64,000 bases of DNA, taken from Eledone cirrhosa (lineage: Eukaryota). The stretch spans positions 930,001 through 994,000 of the forward strand of contig OZ024740.1 of the NCBI GenBank assembly GCA_964016885.1, given 5' to 3'. Position numbers and translations under genes: made by a program. Every line of letters starts with the position of its first letter. Position 1 is the first letter of the stretch. This document shows, piece by piece, positions 49,320 to 61,099 of the stretch. The notes beneath the pieces were generated by a model. That model made no database searches. It was not told the DNA's origin and saw only the letters and a list, made by a program, of their open reading frames with translations.

Positions 49320-50365
49320 GGAACGTGTAACCAGAGAATATTACACCTGATTAAGAAAAATATGGTTATCAGAACTCTCTGTGCACAGTAAAACAGTGGC
49401 TCACAATGTGTTTGCTGTGCTTGTCCTAACACCAACTTTTGGAATACTTGAGTGGACGATAGATGAAATCCGAGCAATTGATGTTAAAACTCAAAAAATA
49501 CTAAACAACACTGGAAACTTCCACATCAACAGTGACATAGACCGCCTCTACTTGAAACGTAAGCAGGAAGGCAGAGGTCTAACATCGGTCCAGACAGCAT
49601 TTGAATGTCGCATCATATCCATCCGACAACATTTACAAACCTCCAAGCGAAGGAGCCCATCTATTGAGCAAGTCTGTCTGCATGGGACAGATAAGATCAT
49701 GAGAGTTGGGAAGGAACTCCTCGATAGGTATTCCCTGTGTGATAATCAAAAACTCACACCCAGGGAAATTGCCCAGCAATACTGCAGCAAATCCATGGAC
49801 GAAAAACTGCATGCTTAGCAGCAAAAAATCATGCATGGATATGTTGCCAGGAAGCTCCAGAATGAGAGTAATATAGATAAACAAAGTAGTCTATTTTGGA
49901 CCAACAACCGCTATATTGGCTCCCACTTTGAAGGATACGCTTTTGCAATCCAAGAACAGGAAATCAATACAAAATACCTGATTCACAAGAGAGATAGAGA
50001 TAGAGGCAAAACACCTAGATGTGACAACAAATGCAGACTGCAGAATTAACATCGAAGATGTCACCCATGTCATAAGCAGCTGTCCAAAGATGTCATCATG
50101 ATACTATCTACCTATGAGGCATGATGTAGTGGCCAAAACACTGTACAATGCAATCCGTAGAAAAGATAGCCCTGACAATAAACAGATTAAAAGCTACAGC
50201 AATATGGAAGACATACACATACATAATATAAAAGAGTACTGGTGAAATGTTCCAGTCAAAACCCCAATAAAATGCAGGCATGATAAACCAGATAAAATGA
50301 TATGGGACAAGGAAAAGAAGGCATTCACAGTGGTAGAAGTTAGCTGCCCAGCAGATGCCAAAAAT
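49320..50365 (+). mobile_element. R4/Dong-like non-LTR retrotransposon C-terminal fragment
   Basis: DIDRLYLKRKQEGRGL, MHGY, AIQEQEINTK, CRL..EDVTHVISSCPKM..RHDVVAK and KPD nuclease motif. Confidence 0.75.
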
Positions 50366-51517
50366 TAAGAGAGACAACCTAGAAAAATTACTGATTTTCC
50401 AACTCACTCCATCTTATTCCATCACCACCACCTGCTTATTCAAACCCTCTCTATTATTTGTGACTGTAGAGTATGCCCTGATCCTTGTTCATGTCCAGCT
50501 GTGTTTAGCTCTTATTTTATGATGTAACATAGATGAGTGGACCTTTGTAAGATTTGAGCTCAGAATGTAAAGAACCAACACAATTACCACAAAGCACTCG
50601 TCTGATGCTCTTCCGATTCTACCAACTAACCATCTTCAACTCTTTCCTCTACACCAGGGATTCCCAAATGTTTTAGGCCATCGACCAATTCATAGAATCC
50701 TTTACCCCTCATGGAATCACAAACTCAACCACATTATAGGGTGGACTAGACAACATTGTTGTGGCAGCAACATTGTGGGAGAGTAGGTGTGGAGCATGTC
50801 CATCTTCCCATGCATGGGTTGGACAGAAGAGGTGCTTAGGAGTGTGGCAGTTTAGGGTTGGGGAGAAGGAGGACAAGTATATAAGTTGGGTATAGAGGAG
50901 GTGAGTGGGAGAGGTCTAAGGTAAAATACTGGAGATGGGGAGGGGTGATAATTGTTTTATGTATTTTTATTTCATGTCAGGTATTGGCTGAACTGTTCAA
51001 TTGTTTCCCCTGAATAGACCCATTGAGAACTTTTGTGACCCCTGGTGTGGCCAAAATAGGAAGGACAGCACCCGCAAGCCTTCATAGGAGCTCTGTGATT
51101 GGTGGGAGAGAGAGGGAAAGTGTTAAGGATTGTGTCCTTGAGCAAGTCACATTGCTCTAGTCCACTCAGCTGGCAAAAATAAGTTATTTTTGCTATCAAA
51201 AAGGGGCCAACTTTGTCACAGTATCACACTGTCACACTCTCACAGTGGCACGGTGTGACTCTGACTCTACCTACGTTAAAGGTGTTTATGTTTATAGAAT
51301 GCTCAATCACTTGTATATTAAGTTAATGAGTGAGTTGTTCTATTGATCTAACAAACGGAATACTCATTGTAAGACCCAACAGAGTGCCCCTCCCCTACAT
51401 GTATTTATAAGTCCTCTTATCTCTAACACTCGTCACCGTTTGAGAAACCATTTGGAGTGGGGAACCCTTGTTCCAGTCCTACATATAAAGGAGCCATAAT
51501 TCCTGGTGGTGAAGTTA

Positions 51518-51692
51518 TAGGGATGCCATTATGACACATAAGGGGTGCCATAATGGCACATAGGGGTGCCCTTATGACACATAGGGTGCCCTTATGACAC
51601 ACAGGGATGCCATTATGACACATAGGGGTGCCATTATGGGACATAGGGGTACCATAATGGCACATGGTGAAGTGATAGAGGTGCCATATAAT
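51518..51692. repeat. 20-22-bp tandem repeat (TAGGGGTGCCATTATGACACA), about 7 copies
   Basis: Direct periodicity visible. A single unit is present in the paralogous segment at about 56606-56625. Confidence 0.85.
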
Positions 51693-51897
51693 GGCACATC
51701 TTAAAGCTAGTAGAGCCGATATGTCTCCAGGTCTGAACACAGCTAATTTCTTCCAGAGAGAGAAAGAACCAGCCTAGTACTGGTATTTTATTTTCTGACC
51801 CTAAAATGATGAAAGGTAAAGTTTATCTCAGCCAGATTTCAATTCAGAACCCCAACCCTAACATAGAAATGGAAAAAATACCAACCCAATGTCTTAG

Positions 51898-52185
51898 TGG
51901 AGGAGTGTAGCCAAGTGGTAAGGATGTTGGACTTACGATCATAATGTCGTGGGTTTGATTCCTGGGTTGGGTTGTGTGTTGTGTTCTTGAGCAAAACACT
52001 TCATTTCACATTGCTCCAGTATACTCAACTGAAAATGAGTACCAGCAATAGCTTTTGATTTAACCCTGTGATGGACTGGCGTCCTGTCCAGGTGAGAGTC
52101 TTGTACTCTCAGTCGCTTCACTCCATGAAACCAGGATAAGCATTGGTCTAATGAGCCGCTGGGCTTCAGACAGACTTTAGACTTT
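51898..52185 (+). mobile_element. tRNA-derived SINE
   Basis: TAGCCAAGTGG (A box), GGTTTGATTCC (B box) and TTGAGCAAAACACTT core. Confidence 0.75.
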
Positions 52186-52981
52186 GCCTTAACAACTCTT
52201 ACATTAACATTTACATTACTCTCTCTATATATATGTAGCGCTCTCTAGACAGGGAAGTAGTTAGAGTTACTTCCCGTCGAAAGTCTAGACCCTCTTTTGC
52301 AACTACCGGAAAGAGGTTATAAATAGTGGCAACACAGCCAGCTCATTCTCTCTTTGGCGCCTTTCCTTCGAACCGACAACACTGAAGATGAATATATTAA
52401 TCACGGGCTTGGACTATACCTAAATATGTACAAGGATATTTGTGTACAACAATTATAACGGAGTTACAATAAAATGAAGACTTGTATTCGATATGGTGTT
52501 TTGTAAATATATCTTATCCTCCTCCTCATCATCATCATTTAACGTCCATCTTCCACGCTTGCATGGGTTTGGACGGGAATTTTCCCACTTGAGGCAAGAG
52601 TGGTTGTCTTGCTCGTATAGGACTGTCTGGCGGGTTTTCTATGGCTGGATGCCCTTCCTAACGCCAACCACGTTTACAGTGTGGACTGGGAGGTTTTTAC
52701 CGTGTTACCTACACGGCCACATTACAGCGTGGACTGTGTGTTTTTTTTGTCGTGACACCTACACGACCTCATTTATTTCGAACTGGATGTTGTGGTACCA
52801 ACATAACTTTACATCGAAAGGGGTGGGGTAGTGGGACGGGGGTGTATTTTTGTTAAGAGGTGCCTACTGACTGTAGGTTTCACTTTGTACTTAGGCAAGG
52901 CGAGTCTTCTGTATTACTGTATAAAATTTAGTAGTGATATTTACTCAAGTAAATAATCCTGGGTCTGGCAGAACACTAAAG

Positions 52982-52999
52982 TGGTGACCCCGACGTGAT
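52982..52999 (+). promoter_or_regulatory. Primer-binding site for tRNA-Trp
   Basis: TGGTGACCCCGACGTGAT is complementary to the 3' 18 nt of metazoan tRNA-Trp (the same PBS as avian sarcoma/leukosis viruses, from memory) and sits directly after the 5' LTR. Confidence 0.88.
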
Positions 53000-53640
53000 T
53001 AACATGTTTATCCTCAGTGTTGTCGGTTCGAAGGAAAGGCGCCAAAGAGAGAAGGAGCTGTCTGTGTTGCCGCTATTTATAACCTCTTTCCGGAAGTTGC
53101 AAAAGAGGGTTCTAGACTTTTGACGGGAAGTAACTCTAACTACTTCCCTGTCTAGAGAGCGCTTCAAGAAGATGGTGGAAGTGTCTCACAGCAAGATAAA
53201 CTGCTAAAAGCTCTTTGTCAGAAGTACTGTAACGTTGCTCTGCTGGTTTTAGTTGGCGTGAGAAAAACGCCAGTGGTTGAACTTGGTGATGCAAAACTGC
53301 GCCAACAGCATGATCAGATGCATCAACAGATAAGGAAAGTCTCGCATTTGCAACAGGATGGGGAAGGAAAGAAATTTTAGCTAGCTCAGACTTGACGGAT
53401 TTAAAGGACTGAAATGCATCGGCAGAAAGTGAAATAGGAGCATCTTTCTTTTTCGCAGCCTTTAAAAACTGTGTCAAGGGAACAACTTCTCCGCACAGTT
53501 AGGAATGAAGCGACGATAAAAGTTAATTAATCCCAAGAAATGACGTAATTGTTTCAGGGAGGTGGGTGGTGCGATATGCTGAATCGCTTCTACCTTAGAT
53601 GGCAAAAGTCGTATGCCTTCTGAATCTATAAGATGTCCAA

Positions 53641-55720
53641 GGAATTCCTGTCCATGCCTTTTGGTTTGCTGAATGCTTCTAGTACGTTCCAGCGTTTTAT
53701 CGATGAAGTCACGCGTGGATTGGATTTCGTGTTTGCTTACGTTGATGATCTCCTGATAGCCAGTGATTCAGATGAACACCATCATCAACATCTATCTCAG
53801 TTATTTCGACGTCTCCAATCGTACCAGGTCAGAATCAACCCAGCTAAATGTGTGTTTGGTACAGATTCACTGGAATTCCTTGGACATCTTATAGATTCAG
53901 AAGGTATACGACCTTTGCCATCTAAGGTAGAAGCGATTCAGCATATCGCACCACCCACCTCCCTGAAACAATTACATCATTTCTTGGGATTAATTAACTT
54001 TTATCGTCGCTTCATTCCTAACTGTGCGGAGAAGTTGTTCCCCACACAGCTTTTAAAGGCTGCGAAAAAGAAAGATGCTCCTATTTCACTTTCTGCCGAT
54101 GCATTGCAGTCCTTTAAACCCGTCAAGTCTGAGCTAGCTAACGTTTCTTTCCTTGCCCATCCTGTTGCAAATGCGAGACTTTCCTTATCTGTTGATGCAT
54201 CTGATCGTGCTGTTGGCGCAGTTTTGCATTATGTAATTGATCACCAAATTCAACCACTGGCGTTTTTCTCACGCCAACTAAAACCAGCAGAGCAACGTTA
54301 CAGTACTTTTGCCAGAGAGCTTTTAGCAGTTTATCTTGCTGTGAGACACTTCCACCATCTTCTTGAAGGTTGGGAGTTCACGATATTCACGGACCACAAA
54401 CCGTTAAGGTTCACTTTACAATGCAAGTCCGACAAGTACTCTCCGAGAGCGTATAGGCATCTGGATCTCATCTCACAGTATACCAGTGACATCCGTCATA
54501 TAGCCGGACCTTCCAACATACCCGCAGACGCACTATCTCGGCTTTCTGTGTGTTCTCTTGCTTCTCCTGCACATATCGATTGAGTTGCCATTGCAACTGA
54601 ACAAACTACTTTGGATTCGTTGGACATTTCCTCTGACCAGTTCTCCTGCTGCAAATTGGAATATTTACCTCTTCCATCTTCTGAAGGAAAAATTCTCTGC
54701 GATGTTTCTACTGGCTCACCCAGACCACTTGTTCCAGATTGTCATCAGCGTACCGTTTATGATGCACTTCATTCCTTGTCACATCGTGGCATAGCTGCCA
54801 CGGTGAAGCTTATTACGGCTCGATTCTTCTGGCCTAATATGCGTCGTTTAATCACCGGTTGGGCACGTTCTTGCTTGAAGAGTCAGCGCTCTAAGATTCA
54901 TCGGCATATCCGCGCTCCTCTTGAGAAATTCAGCCCGCCAGACGCACGTTTCCGTCATATACACATGGATATTGTTGGTCCATGGCCCATTAGTCGTAGA
55001 TTCACATACATATTGACTTGTATGGATCGTTTCTCTGGGTGGCCTTAGTGGACATAACAGCAGGGTCCGTTGCCCGAGCTTTCATTTCCAATTGGATTGC
55101 TCGCTTTGGTGTTCCTACTAAAATAACTACGGATCGTGGACGCCAATTTGAAGCTTCCTTATTTCGTGAAATATCACGACTCTTGGGTGCTCATCAGATT
55201 CATACGACCAGCTATCATCCAGCCTCCAATGGAATGGTCGATAGGTTTCATAGACAGTTGAAAGCTGCACTCCGCGCTACTCCTGATCCGCAACGTTGGA
55301 CCGAATTTTTACCAATCGTGCTTCTTGGTTATCGTTCTGCCATTAAGACAGATTTAGGTTTTTCTTCTGCTGAACTTCTTTATGGTACCACATTGTCTCT
55401 TCCTGGATAAATGTTAGCACCAGTGGATTCATCACATCTTGACCCAGCATCATATGTCACCAGGATTTGTTCGTATTTCTCGGATCTTCCACCAATGAAC
55501 CCTCGTGACCAATCTATTTCTTCTGCTGTCCCATCGGATATCTCTACGTGGACACACATTTTCATACGGAATGATTCCGTCAAGGGATCTCTTACATCAC
55601 CCTACAATGGACCTTTTCGTGTGCTTTCGCACACACCAAAACACTTTACAGTGGCTGTCAATGGTCGAAAAGAGGTAATATCCGTTGACAGAGCAAAGAA
55701 GGCTTTCTCTGAAAGTCTCA
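53641..55720 (+). pseudogene. Gypsy pol remnant (RT C-half, RNase H, integrase) with in-frame stops and a frameshift
   Basis: ORFs 53633-54583, 54611-55048, 55018-55410 and 55411-55869 are collinear pol pieces. Confidence 0.92.
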
Positions 55721-56898
55721 CATCATTGCCTGACATACCTCGCACATACACTCCCACACAAACACCTTCACCGCAAACACCACATACCACACAACCATAT
55801 GTCACACGAAGTGACAGGACAGTAATATGGCCACGGAAATCTCAAAAACAATATTCGTCTAACCCCTAGTAGCATTAACTATTTGACTTTGAAAAATTTT
55901 GAACTTATTTTTGAGCACTATTTTCCTTGCTCCCTTGTACTGTTTTGATTTGTATTGTTCCAGTTACATTTTTCTGCATGTTTTATTCATTCATGTTCTT
56001 GTACCTTTTGCTTTGCTCCTCATGTTCTCGCTACAATGATTTCATTTGGTCATTCGACTTCTCGTCTGAGAGGGGAGTCTTGTAGCGCTCTCTAGTCAGG
56101 GAAGTAGTTAGAGTTACTTCCCGTCGAAAGTCTAGAACCCTCTTTTGAAACTTCCGGAAAGAGGTTATAAATAGCGGCAACACAGCCAGCTCCTTCTCTC
56201 TTTGGCGCCTTTCTTTCGAACCGACAACAATTATAACGGAGTTACAATAAAATGAGGACTTGTATTCGATATGGTGTTTTGTAAATATATCTTATCCTCA
56301 TCTGTATACAACTTAGTAGTTAGATTCCGGTGATATTTACTCAAATAAATAATCCTGGGTCTGGCAGAACACTAAATATACTATTGTATTTTGGTGGTAA
56401 AGGCTTTATCTTACATAATTATCTCATATAATATAGAATCTACGAGATTTTGATAGGATTGATTTTGATAACAACACCTTCATGTAAATATTAGTGGCCA
56501 GTTACAGCTGGTTTGAACAGAAAGAGGTGAAAGAATTCTGGCTGGATATGGCTGGTTTAAATGCTAAAGGGTTAACTTAAGGTCCCATAACTCCAGAGGG
56601 AGTCTTAGGGGTGCCATATTGACATACGGTATTTCTTGGACATATTAAACCTGGCAGAGACGATCTCCTCTCCAGGTTTGAGTACAGCAGATTTCTTCCA
56701 GAGAAGGAGAGAGCGAGGAAGTGAGAAAGGGATACAGAATAAGAATCAACCCAGTACTTGATTGGTACTTATATATATATATATATAGAAAGAGAGAAAA
56801 GGTGAAGTTGGAAATAGCATGGAAAATATATTTTAGGGTCTTTTTTTCTTTTTTACCCTTTCTTTGATTTGTCAAAGTGACATTGAAAAAATGAGAGA

Positions 56899-57184
56899 GA
56901 CAATTCTTTTAAAAAAGAGTTTTATAATGTATATAAAGTATTACCGGTTTCGATGTATTATTAAAATTCATCTTATCAAATGTTGAGTGTTACAGTTAAA
57001 AATAATTAATAAGAATTAAAAACTAAAAATTAAAGATTTAAAATTAAGTGTAGGACTAAGTTTTAAATCCTTAATTTTTAGTTTTTAATTATTATTAACT
57101 CTTTTTAATTGTAATACTCATTTGATAAGATGAATTTTAATAATACATCGAAACCGATAATACTTTATATACATTATAAAACTC
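56899..57184. repeat. AT-rich imperfect palindrome whose right arm is completed at 59138-59159, beyond the inserted LTR element
   Basis: GACAATTCTTTTAAAAAAGAGTTTTATAATGT on the left versus ACATTATAAAACTC|LTR element|ACTTTTTTTTAAAAGAATTGTC on the right. Confidence 0.85.
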
Positions 57185-59137
57185 TGTAGCAAGAGTTGCC
57201 TCCGTTGTTGTGACGAAAACATCACCAATAGAGTAACGCTCTCTAGACGGGAAGTAGCTAGAGTTGATTCCCGTTGGGGTGGCAGCCCTTTTTGTCACTT
57301 CCGTTCCAGTATCTATAAAGGGAATAACTTTCAGCTCCCTACGTCTCATTTGCCCTTTCGGCCAGGCGCGTTCGCCTGGCAACCAACCGGTAACTAATAA
57401 CTTTGCTTCATCCTTTCATCTATTCATTGACAACTATACTGTTCTATATAACCACAAATCGTTAATTAAATATTATACACATAAACCACGTCTCTTGTTA
57501 TATTCATACACACCAGTACTTGTTATAAGTGGTGACCCCGAAAAAAGAAAAAAATAGCAGAATCCGGTGATGTGTGAGTAACATTTCGAATACGCAGCAA
57601 ATTTTATTGACAAACTAGGAAAATACGCAGATGCAGAAACGAACACACGCACATGTGAAATTCTCGTTCAAACAGACTCTTTTTCTCTCACGCACGTGTC
57701 GTACATCAACTAACTGTTGCATTTCACTGTATATATATATATATGTTTTTCGTTTCTTCTTACAACGAACACTTAAAAAAAAAAAAGAAATTTGATTTTT
57801 TTTTTACACATTTCAACATGAACATTTATTTTCGATGAATCTCAACTATTGCTTATTCTTTTCGCCAAGTTTTTTTCATCGTTCACAAAAAATTGAACTC
57901 GCCATATTTGTTATACTAAGTGAAGCCTTTCTTTCTTTTTCATCATATTGTCACGTTCACACACACATTTTTTCAAAATGGCTGCCAACTACCTGTTGCA
58001 CTATCATTTTCTCGCGCAATAGAAATTTTTTTTTTCTCAACTTAACCTTGTTTCGGCACGTGTAGGCAGCACACATCTCGACTCACTGAGATACCACACG
58101 TCAGAGATAACGTTTCTCGCCAAGGATTCTCCAGCCTTAAGCTATATTCTCCTATTTGCCGGTTTAAAAATTTACCACGTAAATTTGCCGTTGAAAACTG
58201 CGCATTTATTCAGAATGCTTATTTCTTTGGTCGCTGGTCTCTTGACCCTTCCAGGTCCACGCATTCTCAATATCGACCATCAACTTTGGCTGTTATTTCT
58301 AGCACTTTGCGCAACTCATTTTTTTCTGGAAAATTTTTTACTGTGAATTTAAACATCGAATACGCTCACTCCGCGAGACAACAACATCAACAGCAACACA
58401 GCTTCATCAACAACCAAAACAAGCCAGAGAATTTATTTTTGCAGTACTCTTCCTGTGAGGAATTCCCTTCGGAGGTTGGAAATTTCACGTTATACCACAG
58501 ACCAGAAACCACCTGCATTCATTCTCTGGAACACACTTTCTTTCCTGCTGTCATGTGATTGCGCACCTGTGAACTGTATTTTGAACTTTGACCTCTTCTT
58601 TTACTTTGATTACATTGTATCTTTCAGTGACGGATAGATAGCTGTCCAGTCGTTCTCTGGCCAAGAGCGGTTGGCTACCTTGATATCTATCATTGATTTT
58701 TGCATGCATACATTTTGCTGTTTTCCTTTTATTGCAAACATTATTTTTTTCGTAATTTTCATGCCGGTTACAACATTCTCGCCATCTTACTCCATACATG
58801 TTTCATTCGATTTTTATATTTTAAAAATCTGGCGGGGGATAATGTAGCAAGAGTTGCCTCCGTTGTTGTGACGAAAACATCACCAATAGAGTAACGCTCT
58901 GTAGACGGGAAGTAACTTAAGTTGCTTCCCGTTGGGGTGGCAGCCCTTTTTGTCACTTCCGTTCCAGCATCTATAAAGGGAATAACTTTCAGCTCTCTCC
59001 CTCTCATTTGCCCAAACGGTAACTAATAACTTTGCTTCATTCTTTCATCTATTCATTGACATGTCAAATCGTTAATTAAATATTATACACACAAACCACG
59101 TCTCTTGTTATATTCATACACACCAGTACCTGTTATA
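57185..59137 (+). mobile_element. Non-autonomous LTR retrotransposon (TRIM/LARD-like, 1.95 kb, no recognisable coding sequence)
   Basis: LTRs 57185-57527 and 58843-59137 (TGTAGCAAG...TGTTATA), PBS TGGTGACCCCGA 57530-57541, PPT GGCGGGGGATAA 58831-58842, target duplication ACTC/ACTT. Confidence 0.9.
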
Positions 59138-59413
59138 ACTTTTTTTTAAAAGAATTGTCCCTGCAGGGCCATGGTCGAAGCTTCAGATGTGACATTGACC
59201 TGTGTGTCCATGGTTACAGTTTCAGATGTGACATTGGCCTGTGATATACCATTAGTGGTGTCATTACCAGCAGAAACAGCTAAGTCAACATTCAGCGTTG
59301 CCCTCAGGATTAGGCCAATAACTACAAAACAAACTTTACAACCCATCTTGAACACTCGACAACTATGTCTTAGTAAGTATATTATATATGTATATATATA
59401 TCTATATATACAG

Positions 59414-59444
<31 letters not shown>

Positions 59445-59548
59445 AATGTATGTGTGTATACGTGTGTAACAATTCAAGAAGTTTTTCTCAAATTGCTTTT
59501 CTCTGTATCTAACTATGTGTGTGTTCGTATAATATATATATATTTACA

Positions 59549-59922
59549 TACAATATTAAATAAATGGAAAACTATATTTATAAAACCATATTTATTTCAT
59601 TATATATATTTCGGGGATATCATATTAACAATATGCTATGCCTTCATCAGACAAAATACAATATAAACAGTTTTATAGATAAATATATTCGACATACCGT
59701 AATAAACATCAACTTCATTTGAAGAGGTTTACGCTAGCGTAAACCTCTTCAAAGGAAGTTGATGTTTATTACGGTATGTCGAATATATTTATCTATAAAA
59801 CTGTTTATATTGTATTTTGTCTGATGAAGGCATAGCATATTGTTAATATGATATCCCCGAAATATATATAATGAAATAAATATGGTTTTATAAATATAGT
59901 TTTCCATTTATTTAATATTGTA
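59549..59922. repeat. Spacerless palindrome, 187-bp arms
   Basis: Centre ACGCT|AGCGT at 59735/59736, with one mismatch seen (59717/59754). Confidence 0.95.
59813..59878 (+). ncRNA. Minimal type-I hammerhead-ribozyme-like motif (mirror copy on the minus strand at 59593-59658)
   Basis: TATTTTGT-CTGATGA-AGGCATAGCATATT/gtt/AATATGATATCCCC-GAAA-TATAT-ATA-ATGAAATA. Confidence 0.62.
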
Positions 59923-60332
59923 AATATACTCCAAATATTTGTCGAGTGCTTTTATATCAGTTATAAATATTTACTAGTTGTAACCCAACAATTTTAAATA
60001 TAACTTTACATGTATATATTTACATATATATCTATCTATATATATGTGTGTACAGTTATTATATATATATATATATATACAAGTGGAAGCTTAGTAAAAT
60101 TGAAGCTTTGGCTGCGGCCAAGCAAACTCGACCTAGAATTAGGAATGAGTAGCAAAGCACTCAATAAGGGTAGATCCTCAGAGTAATAACATTACGTTTA
60201 GATAGCTTGACAAATTGAAAATTGCGGCAGGCAACACCCAACCATACAATACCAAAATAACGAAAAAACTAATCAGGTTAGACAACAGACCTGGACAAAT
60301 CGAACGATATTCTGCAATACGTCCGATATGTT

Positions 60333-60446
<114 letters not shown>

Positions 60447-61099
60447 TTATATGTTTATATAGAAAGATGTGTGTTTGTATAATATATATATATCTATATA
60501 TGTATGTATGTACAGTTTCGTTTTTGAATTTGTTTAACAAGATTCTTTATCTGAAAACGTGTGTTGAAACCGATATAGTTATACTTTGGGAGGGTCATGT
60601 TGCCAATATGAAACACACGAACCAGTTGCTTTCACTCCAATTTATTACAAGTTAAATTAAATTATAAATTTAAGAAATTTATAACTTTCGGTTGGTTGAT
60701 TGGTTCCACAACCGGATGGTTGTTCATATATTGTCAAAGTTCTTTCGTCACACATTCTGTGACCTTATCAGTGACCGGGGATTATTTTCTTTGTTTTGTG
60801 CCTCTCCTTTGTTCTGTCCTACGCCATCTTGTTTTTGTGTGTGTTGTGTGCTTAGTTTGCCCATGTGTTACATCCGGGTGTCTGTGTGTGTTTTTATTTG
60901 TTTATTTATATGTTACTAGTAGGTTGTTTGTTCTATGTGTGTGTGTTTTCATTTTGTCCTTAATTGTAAGTTGTGATGTTGCTATTCCGTTCATGTTTTC
61001 TATTTAAATTTTGGTTGGAGTTCATTTATGTTTATTGCCTCTGTGATTTGTCTAAACATTGCGTCTTTTATAGTCTTATATAGTCTTACCCCTGTCTAA

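Larger units (their letters stand above)
52234..56376 (+). mobile_element. Ty3/Gypsy LTR retrotransposon, rearranged: gag, protease and 5' RT replaced by an inverted LTR+pol segment
   Basis: LTRs 52234-52980 (with an RTE 3'-UTR insert at about 52520-52918) and 56081-56376. TATA/ATATA target duplication, PBS 52982-52999, PPT GAGAGGGGAG 56068-56077. RT YVDD, RNase H DAS..ELLAV..TDHKPL, integrase ITTDRGRQF..NGMVDRFH and PYNGPF. Confidence 0.95.
56581..59346 (-). pseudogene. Probable disrupted gene for a secreted or membrane glycoprotein (signal-peptide exon split by insertions, then a Cys-containing exon)
   Basis: 59346-59160 encodes MGCKVCFVVIGLILRATLNVDLAVSAG plus NDT/NVT sequons in a 13-aa repeat. 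The repeat resumes at 56885-56857 (NVTLTNQRK, G|gtaaaa). A pyrimidine tract and AG precede 56694 (EICCTQTWR). Confidence 0.45.

Noticed and set aside
60545-60585. Hammerhead-like CTGAAAA..GAAACCGATA
   Set aside because: The core deviates at G8, and stems I and II are not convincing.
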